64,000 nucleotides of DNA from Methylotenera sp. (GTDB lineage Bacteria; Pseudomonadota; Gammaproteobacteria; Burkholderiales; Methylophilaceae). Location of the stretch: assembly GCA_031369365.1 (NCBI GenBank), contig JANMOP010000014.1, positions 4,680 through 68,679 of the forward strand. The letters are read 5' to 3'. The notes beneath the pieces are model-generated. The model was given only the letters and a program-made list of their open reading frames with translations. It had not been told where the DNA came from and did no database searches. Below are positions 56,264-64,000 of this stretch, one piece after another. Both the position numbers and the translations under genes were made by a program. Position 1 is the first letter of the stretch. Each line of letters opens with the position of its first letter.

Positions 56264-57409
56264 TTATTGAATTAACAATCTAATACTATCAAGTATTCTG
56301 CCAAAAAAGCCAGCTTCCTCAATAGCTTTGGCGGCGACTAATTTTTGTTGGTTGATTATTTTTCCATCTAAAGAAAAACTAATGTTGCCAATTTCTTGCC
56401 CTGCTTTAATCGGCGCTATTAAAGGTTGTTGGCTAGTCATGTTGGCCTTAACACGAGCATAATCGCCTTTAGGCAAAGTTAAATAAAAATCCTTATTAAG
56501 TGTGGCAGCCACAGCTTTATCTTGACCCTTATAAACACGTAAAGTATTGATGGTTTGCGCTTGCTTATAGATTAAAGTTGATTCGTAAAATTGAAAGCCA
56601 TAATTGAGTAATTTTTGGCTCTCGCTTGCGCGCATCGCTTCATTTACCGCGCCTAATATGATAGAAACTAAGCGTGTGTTGCCGCGTTTCGACGAGGCAA
56701 TTAAGCAATAACCAGCACTATCTGTGTGGCCTGTTTTCATGCCGTCAACATTGGCATCTAGCCACAATAAACGGTTACGATTTGGCTGTGTGATTTTGTT
56801 GTAGGTGTACTCTTTTACTGAGTACAGACGCCGATATTCCAGCGGAAAATCACGAATTAACGCTATAGCTAATTTAGCTAAATCGTTCGCTGTTGTATAG
56901 TGATTCTTGTCGGGTAAACCTGTTGCATTCATAAAATGAGTGCTAGTTAAACCTAGTTTCGCGGCTTGTTTATTCATCATTTCTGCAAATTGTTCTTCGC
57001 CACCTGCCACACCTTCAGCCAAAGCAATTGAAGCATCGTTGCCAGACTGAATAATCATGCCGTGTAAAAGTTCGTCCACCGTGACAGGTTTATTAGGCTC
57101 AATAAACATCTTAGAGCCTTCTATTTTCCAAGCTTTTTCACTCACTGGCAGGGTTTGATCAAGTTTTAAATGACCATGTTGAATAGCATCGAATGTGATG
57201 TAAGCTGTCATTATTTTAGTGAGGGATGCAGGTTCTATGCGCTCATCTTTTTTGTAAGAGGCAATAAAGTTGCCGCTATTAAAATCTTGCAATAAGTAGG
57301 CCTTAACCGCCAGTGCTGGCGGTGATGCAATTTGCGCCCTAGCATGTGCCACCCAAACAAAATTAGAGATTAATAAAATAGAAATAAGGTTTTTGATAGT
57401 TAGACGCAT
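56264..57409 (-). CDS. dacA: D-alanyl-D-alanine carboxypeptidase (PBP5/6)
   Basis: SxxK (PASLTK), SxN (SGND) and KTG motifs. Confidence 0.93.
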   Translation of the reverse strand: MRLTIKNLISILLISNFVWVAHARAQIASPPALAVKAYLLQDFNSGNFIASYKKDERIEPASLTKIMTAYITFDAIQHGHLKLDQTLPVSEKAWKIEGSKMFIEPNKPVTVDELLHGMIIQSGNDASIALAEGVAGGEEQFAEMMNKQAAKLGLTSTHFMNATGLPDKNHYTTANDLAKLAIALIRDFPLEYRRLYSVKEYTYNKITQPNRNRLLWLDANVDGMKTGHTDSAGYCLIASSKRGNTRLVSIILGAVNEAMRASESQKLLNYGFQFYESTLIYKQAQTINTLRVYKGQDKAVAATLNKDFYLTLPKGDYARVKANMTSQQPLIAPIKAGQEIGNISFSLDGKIINQQKLVAAKAIEEAGFFGRILDSIRLLIQ

Positions 57410-57422
57410 AATTTTTGAAAGT

Positions 57423-58391
57423 TTATTGATTAATAATGATGGCTGGAGTATTTAGCTTCGCACGAATAGCTGCCGCAACTTGATCAGCTTCTAGTTTGCT
57501 GGCATAAGGACCGAGTTTTAAACGGTAAAGACCATTATTATACTCGCTGTTAAAGCCAGCATTTTGCTCAATTCCCATTCCTTGAATTTTTTTCATAAGC
57601 GAGTCTGCATTGGCCTCGCTTTTAAATGCGCCTGCTTGTATAAAATATTGAATCACCGCCGACACATTAGAATTGACTGAGTTCGGGATTGAATTTGATT
57701 GTGATATGGCAGCAGGCGGGGCAATTGCTACAACGGGTGCTTTAGTTGGCTGTGAGTAGCTTGTGATGGCGCTTGAGTTTATCGCTTCTACTTCTACCAA
57801 AGAGCTACCTTGTGCCGAGAACCGCAATTTATAAGCCGCCGCATAAGAAAGATCAATCACACGATTATGTTTAAAAGGACCTCTATCATTAACACGTACC
57901 ACCACAAATCGGCCATTGGCTGGATTGGTGACTTTAACATAACTTGGTAGCGGCAAAGTGGGATGCGCCGCCGACATACTGTACATGTCATAAACCTCAC
58001 CACTAGAGGTTTTTTTGCCATGATAGCGTTTGCCATACCATGAGGCCACACCGCTCACTTTATAGGGTTGGTAGCTGGTCATGGGCTTGTATACCTCGCC
58101 AAGCGCTTTATAGGGCTTGTTAGCGCGGTCTAATAAAGACTCTTTTCTTGGCACGGCGTTAGGAATACTATCAATATCTTGCGGTGGGTTATCGCCTGGA
58201 CCATCGTCTAAATAGTAGCCTCCAGGTTTGCGGCTGCTAGCATCCACAGGCGTGCTTAACGACGTAGGTACTGGTTTGCTGGCGCCAGATGGTGCAGAGG
58301 TGGGTTTAACCGTACTTTTAGCCGAATTTTGGCCAGCACAAGCGACCAAGTACATAGTGCAAAATAGTATCAAATAAGTTTGTTTTTTCAT
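57423..58391 (-). CDS. rlpA: Septal ring lytic transglycosylase RlpA
   Basis: Lipobox LVAC; G.ASWYG, AAHPTLPLPS, VNDRGPF and IDLSYAAA motifs; C-terminal SPOR domain. Confidence 0.95.
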   Translation of the reverse strand: MKKQTYLILFCTMYLVACAGQNSAKSTVKPTSAPSGASKPVPTSLSTPVDASSRKPGGYYLDDGPGDNPPQDIDSIPNAVPRKESLLDRANKPYKALGEVYKPMTSYQPYKVSGVASWYGKRYHGKKTSSGEVYDMYSMSAAHPTLPLPSYVKVTNPANGRFVVVRVNDRGPFKHNRVIDLSYAAAYKLRFSAQGSSLVEVEAINSSAITSYSQPTKAPVVAIAPPAAISQSNSIPNSVNSNVSAVIQYFIQAGAFKSEANADSLMKKIQGMGIEQNAGFNSEYNNGLYRLKLGPYASKLEADQVAAAIRAKLNTPAIIINQ

Positions 58392-58443
58392 TTAGTAATT
58401 TCCACCTCATATATTCACATGATTTGCTTGCATCAACAGTGGC

Positions 58444-59541
58444 TTAGCCTGAGGCAACCAGTTTTTTGTGTGTTTGAATACTCATTAAAATTCCAAAACC
58501 TAACAGCAAGGTTACCATAGACGTACCACCGTAGCTGATGAGTGGTAAGGGCACGCCGACTACGGGTAATATGCCGCTTACCATACCCATATTCACAAAC
58601 GCGTAGGTAAAAAAGGTGAGTGTTATGCTGGCTGCGAGCAATCTAGTGAAAGTGCTTTTGGCTTGTGCGGCAATCACTAAGCCCCTCATAATAATCAAAC
58701 TAAATAATGTCAGTAATATTAAGTTGCCAGCTAAGCCAAACTCTTCGCCAAAAACAGCAAAAATAAAATCGGTAGTGCGCTCAGGTAAAAAATCTAACTG
58801 TGCTTGCGTGCCATTGAGCCAGCCTTTGCCAGTCGTACCGCCAGAACCTAAAGCAATCGTGGCCTGAATGGTGTGATAGCCCGCACCTAGAGGGTCTTGC
58901 GCGGGGTCTAATAAAATTTCGATTCTTTTTCTTTGATAACCATGCAACATTGACCAAAAAATAGGCATGAGCGCGCCAGCTAACACCATCCCACCCACTA
59001 TAAACTTCCAACTTAATCCCGCCAAAAAAATTACAAAAATGCCTGAGGCACAAATTAATAAGGCCGTGCCTAAATCGGGTTGTTTCATAATTAGAGCTAC
59101 GGGAATCAGCAGCAACAAGGCGGCAATAGCAAAATCAGTAAAGCGCGGGCTGGTTTCTCTTTTAGCAAAAAACCACGCTAGCATCATCGGTACGGCAATA
59201 CGCATAATCTCTGAAGGCTGGATTTTTATAATGCCCAAGTTTAGCCATCTCTGTGCACCGTGGCTAATATGCCCAAATATTTCTACCGCAATTAATAATA
59301 AAATACCGAATAAATAGAGAGCTGGAGCGATACGCTCCAAATGCTGTGGCTGAATATTGGCTACTAACCACATCAGGCTTAGGGCCACTGAAATGTTGAC
59401 CAGCTGCGCGCTAATTCTTTCAAAGCTTTGCCCTGATGCGCTATAAAGTACAAACAAGCCAATTAACATGGTAAATAGTAAACAGCCCATTAAAAAAGCA
59501 TCGATATGCTTGAAAATGTTTTGCAGTAGCTGACTAATCAT
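58444..59541 (-). CDS. rodA: Rod shape-determining protein RodA (SEDS)
   Basis: GAQRWL, QPSE, QPDLGT, FLPE..TDFIF and PLPLISYGGTS motifs. Confidence 0.96.
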   Translation of the reverse strand: MISQLLQNIFKHIDAFLMGCLLFTMLIGLFVLYSASGQSFERISAQLVNISVALSLMWLVANIQPQHLERIAPALYLFGILLLIAVEIFGHISHGAQRWLNLGIIKIQPSEIMRIAVPMMLAWFFAKRETSPRFTDFAIAALLLLIPVALIMKQPDLGTALLICASGIFVIFLAGLSWKFIVGGMVLAGALMPIFWSMLHGYQRKRIEILLDPAQDPLGAGYHTIQATIALGSGGTTGKGWLNGTQAQLDFLPERTTDFIFAVFGEEFGLAGNLILLTLFSLIIMRGLVIAAQAKSTFTRLLAASITLTFFTYAFVNMGMVSGILPVVGVPLPLISYGGTSMVTLLLGFGILMSIQTHKKLVASG

Positions 59542-61489
59542 AATGTTCTACCACGGGCGCATTTACAGGTGGGTCAACGGGAGCAAGATTTTCATTTGGT
59601 TTAACCAATACATTCGCTTTTGGCAATTCCACTTCTGGCAATTTCCCCAAAAGATAATAATCCATGACTTTACGTGCAATGGGCCCAGCAGCAGAGCCGC
59701 CGTGGCCGCCGTTTTCCACAATTACAGCCAGTGCAATTTTTGGGTCTTCCGCAGGCGCGTAAGCAATAAATAAGGCGTGATCGCGGTGACGTTCGGCGAT
59801 TAAATTGGCGTTATATTTTTCGTTTTGTTTCATGCCAATCACTTGTGCAGTGCCTGTCTTGGCTGCAACACTATAGCCAGCATTAGCGCCCACGCTGGCT
59901 GCCGTGCCGCCAGGTAAAGTCACATCTATCATACCGAGTTTTACAATTTCTAAATTAGTTTCATCTAAAGATATTTTATCGCTAATGACCGTCTGTGTCG
60001 CTTGGCTGATGCCCGTTTTAGCATCTGTAATGGCAGCAACTAAGCGTGGCCGCATCGCCACGCCTTTATTGGCTAAAATGGCGGTCGCTTGGGCAAGCTG
60101 CATGGGCGTAGCCAAAGTGTAACCTTGACCGATGCCCACAATCACCGTTTCACCCATGTACCAAGGCTGTTTGAAACGGCGCATTTTCCACTCTGGTGTC
60201 GGCATTAAACCACCTACTTCGCCCGCAATATCCACGCCACTTTTTTTACCGAAACCAAAATGACGCACAAAACTGCTTAAGCGTTCAATGCCTAATTCCA
60301 TGGCCAAACCATAAAAGAAAGTATCGCACGAGATAGTAATGGCACGTCGCATATCTACATTGCCATGACCGCCTGGCTTCCAATCGCGGTAGCGATGGCT
60401 ACTGCGTGGTAACATAAAATATCCAGCATCGCTAATGCTAAAAGGGGGTTTGCGCTTACCATTTTCTAACCCTGCCAACGCTGCAAAAGGCTTAAAGGTT
60501 GAACCTGGCGGATATACGCCACGCAAAGGTCGGTTAATGAGTGGCTTATCGAGCGATTCATTCAGCAATTTCCAGTTTTCGACATCAATACCGCCTACAA
60601 ATAAATTGGAATCAAAAGTCGGCATGCTGACGAAAGCCAACACTTCGCCAGTGCTGGGTTTAATAGCGACTAGTGCACCACGGCGCTCGCCAAAAGCAGT
60701 TTCGGCAATTTCTTGTAATTTGCTATCGGTTGACAAAATAAGATTGCTGCCAGAAGTGGGTGCTTTGCTGGAAAGTATGCGTACTGCTTTGCCATCAGCA
60801 TCAATTTCAACTTGTTGAAAGCCAGTGGTGCCGTGCAATTGTGCTTCGTAGTGTTCTTCGATACCACTCTTGCCAATGTGGTCGGTGCCTTTGTAATTTG
60901 AAAGCACGTCATTTGCGGCTAATTTAGTAAGATCTTTGTCGTTAATGCGGCCAATATAGCCCACTAGGTGCGCGCCCTGTTTGCCAAGAGGATAATGGCG
61001 AAATAACCTTGATTTAAGCTCAATTCCAGGGAAACGATAGCGATTGACGGCAAATTTAGCGGCTTCAATCTCGTTTAAATGGGTACGCAGTGGGACGCTC
61101 TCAAAGTTATGGCTCTCTGATTTTAGTTTGTTAAAGCGCTTGAGATCTGAGGGGCTAACCTCTACTAGTTGTGCGATGTCCGCGATAGTGGCAGCTAAAT
61201 TTTTTACTTTAGAAGGTGTAATCTCTAAAGTATAAACAAAAAAATTGTGCGCGAGTATAACGCCGTTCCTGTCAGAAATTAAGCCTCGATTAGGGGTAAT
61301 GGGCACTATGGAGATGCGGTTATTTTCAGCGAGCGTTTGATAGTAATCGTAACGATAAATTTGTAAAAAATAAAAGCGAATGGCCAGCAAACTAAATGCG
61401 GTCAGCACAACTAGGCCGAGCACGCCGAGCCTTAATTTAAAATTGTGCTGCTCGTTTTGGTAGTTTTTAAGTTCGTTGCGAGATTTCAT
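59534..61489 (-). CDS. mrdA: Penicillin-binding protein 2
   Basis: RG.I.DRNG, PPGSTFK, SCD and KTGTAQ motifs. Confidence 0.96.
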   Translation of the reverse strand: MKSRNELKNYQNEQHNFKLRLGVLGLVVLTAFSLLAIRFYFLQIYRYDYYQTLAENNRISIVPITPNRGLISDRNGVILAHNFFVYTLEITPSKVKNLAATIADIAQLVEVSPSDLKRFNKLKSESHNFESVPLRTHLNEIEAAKFAVNRYRFPGIELKSRLFRHYPLGKQGAHLVGYIGRINDKDLTKLAANDVLSNYKGTDHIGKSGIEEHYEAQLHGTTGFQQVEIDADGKAVRILSSKAPTSGSNLILSTDSKLQEIAETAFGERRGALVAIKPSTGEVLAFVSMPTFDSNLFVGGIDVENWKLLNESLDKPLINRPLRGVYPPGSTFKPFAALAGLENGKRKPPFSISDAGYFMLPRSSHRYRDWKPGGHGNVDMRRAITISCDTFFYGLAMELGIERLSSFVRHFGFGKKSGVDIAGEVGGLMPTPEWKMRRFKQPWYMGETVIVGIGQGYTLATPMQLAQATAILANKGVAMRPRLVAAITDAKTGISQATQTVISDKISLDETNLEIVKLGMIDVTLPGGTAASVGANAGYSVAAKTGTAQVIGMKQNEKYNANLIAERHRDHALFIAYAPAEDPKIALAVIVENGGHGGSAAGPIARKVMDYYLLGKLPEVELPKANVLVKPNENLAPVDPPVNAPVVEHYD

Positions 61490-61508
61490 TGTTTAGAGCG
61501 ATAGAGCG

Positions 61509-61985
61509 CTATTGGGTCTTTGGGCGCGTTAGTCCGCCAAACATTAATATCAGGGCTTGCCACAATAATAAGCCAGCCACCACTGGCCAAAAGTATTGTA
61601 GGCCAGGGTTCTCGTTACCAGCAAATAATTTAAGCAGCAATATGACGATGCGCTCAATGATGAGTAGTGCGAGTACATAGCCTGCAAGTTGCCAACCGTT
61701 AAATAACGCTAATCTACGTTGGTAAGTTAAGGCAATAAATGCGGTAATTGTAAAACTTAAGGCATGCTGACCGAGCAAACTACCTGTCGCCAAATCTACC
61801 AGTAGGCCAGCCAGCCAAGCGGTGCCTACGTTGCATAGGTTAGGCGCTCGCAACAACCAATAAAGCAATACAACCAGCATAAATGCTGGGCGAAAAATAA
61901 CACCTTGACCAACCCAAGGATAAAGCTGGCATAGCAAGGCGATTAATAATGTGAGATAAACACTCACTAGGCTAGTGTGGCGCAA
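61509..61985 (-). CDS. mreD: Rod shape-determining protein MreD
   Basis: P.F.L.V..YW....P; GLLVDL..G.LLGQHAL. TTG start. Confidence 0.92.
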   Translation of the reverse strand: MRHTSLVSVYLTLLIALLCQLYPWVGQGVIFRPAFMLVVLLYWLLRAPNLCNVGTAWLAGLLVDLATGSLLGQHALSFTITAFIALTYQRRLALFNGWQLAGYVLALLIIERIVILLLKLFAGNENPGLQYFWPVVAGLLLWQALILMFGGLTRPKTQ

Positions 61986-62949
61986 TGGGTTTAGCCTTAT
62001 TTTTAATATTTTCTTTATTTTTCTTAATGCCAGCTGCCGCTTCTGGCACTGAAGCAGAAGTAGGCGCTAGCACAGGCATTTCAGCCTCTTTTGTTTCGGG
62101 CAAGGCTAACAATAAAAGTTGTAAGTGATTGCTGACACCGGCCACAGGCGTACTGACAATTTTAGCAAATGGCGATTCTGGATTTTGCTGTATTTTTGTG
62201 ACAGTGGCAACCGCCAAGCCAGCAGGATAAACGCCATCAATACCTGAAGTCACCAACCTATCGCCTACCTTAATATCAACATTGGTGGGTAAGTAAGGAA
62301 TATCGAGCGTATTATTGCCCTCTCCAAAGGCAATGGCGCGTAGCTGATTGCGCTCGATTTGAATAGGAATAGAAAGCTCTTTATCGGTAATTAGCGTGAC
62401 CTCAGCAGTAAAAGGATAAACGCGTGTGACTTGGCCAATGACCCCTTTTGAATCAACCACCGCCTGCCCCGCTTTGATGTTGTGTTGACTGCCTCGGTTG
62501 ACTACCACGACATGCGTAAATGGATCACGTCCCATGTGAGAAATCTCGCCCAAAACCGCTTTAGGTTGAATAGGCATATTGCCATTTAACAATTGACGGA
62601 GATGTTGGTTTTCTGCTTGTATGGTGTTTAAGCGTTGCAAAGAAACTTGATGCTGAAACGCTTGTTGTTTAAGCACATAGTTTTCTTGTAATAATTTGTT
62701 ATGTGCAGAAAAGTATTTCTGTACATCGCGAACCCATTCACTGGGTGCGTTTGCCGCCATTTCAAACGGGTGCAGCGCAGCAATAAAGGCTTGTCGCACT
62801 TGCGATAGATAATTTAAGCGCGCATCTACTGCCATAAAAACAATAGAGAGTGCACAATAAAACACCATGCGAGAAAATGGCTTAGCGCCACGGACGAAAA
62901 AAGCAGGGGTTTCTTGGGTTTCTAGCTTTTGATGAACACCTTTAAGCAT
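61972..62949 (-). CDS. mreC: Rod shape-determining protein MreC
   Basis: ENQHLRQLL, VVNRG...IK.GQ.V, LITD and GD.LVTSG.DG.YP.GL motifs. Confidence 0.95.
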   Translation of the reverse strand: MLKGVHQKLETQETPAFFVRGAKPFSRMVFYCALSIVFMAVDARLNYLSQVRQAFIAALHPFEMAANAPSEWVRDVQKYFSAHNKLLQENYVLKQQAFQHQVSLQRLNTIQAENQHLRQLLNGNMPIQPKAVLGEISHMGRDPFTHVVVVNRGSQHNIKAGQAVVDSKGVIGQVTRVYPFTAEVTLITDKELSIPIQIERNQLRAIAFGEGNNTLDIPYLPTNVDIKVGDRLVTSGIDGVYPAGLAVATVTKIQQNPESPFAKIVSTPVAGVSNHLQLLLLALPETKEAEMPVLAPTSASVPEAAAGIKKNKENIKNKAKPIAPH

Positions 62950-62999
62950 GCCAACACGATAGATTGAATTGGCTAGCAGATGATAATAATAGCGCGTGC

Positions 63000-64000
<1,001 letters not shown>

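Overview
A 64-kb stretch of a betaproteobacterial methylotroph chromosome. A Methylophilaceae/Methylotenera-like origin is inferred from fae, a Methylophilaceae-style pqqA, gnd, beta-type gshA and gene order. Most of it is housekeeping: eutBC with an APC permease, alkA/alkB, fae, sua5, gnd, thiSG-apaG-mltA, aas/lplT, glnK-amtB, comM, metH, mpl, nadA-nudB-ispH, purU, lysA, a type IV minor-pilin/PilY1 cassette, apbE-NusG-II-Gx, gshAB, lipAB and the dacA-rlpA-rodA-mrdA-mreDCB cell-wall cluster. I found no rRNA, tRNA, CRISPR array or transposase. The main discovery is at 29.1-32.9 kb. The same ~95-bp GC-rich hairpin element (CCCTCGCCC...GGGCGAGGGG) is inserted in frame, in the same frame and orientation, in two neighbouring intact housekeeping genes (metH and mpl). 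Both gain the peptide [11 protein letters not shown]...[10 protein letters not shown], and between them sits an AT-rich T5orf172/GIY-YIG nuclease gene with a RAMA-like tail. A degenerate intergenic relative lies at 24.4-24.6 kb. Two more palindromic families (GTAG- and GTCAT/CGTC-type) sit at or on stop codons. Several small genes are missing from the ORF track: a solitary pqqA, a 45-aa secreted acidic peptide and a 37-aa basic peptide. PilY1 carries a ~440-aa insert of five beta-rich repeats. All calls come from motif recognition by eye; no database searches were run.
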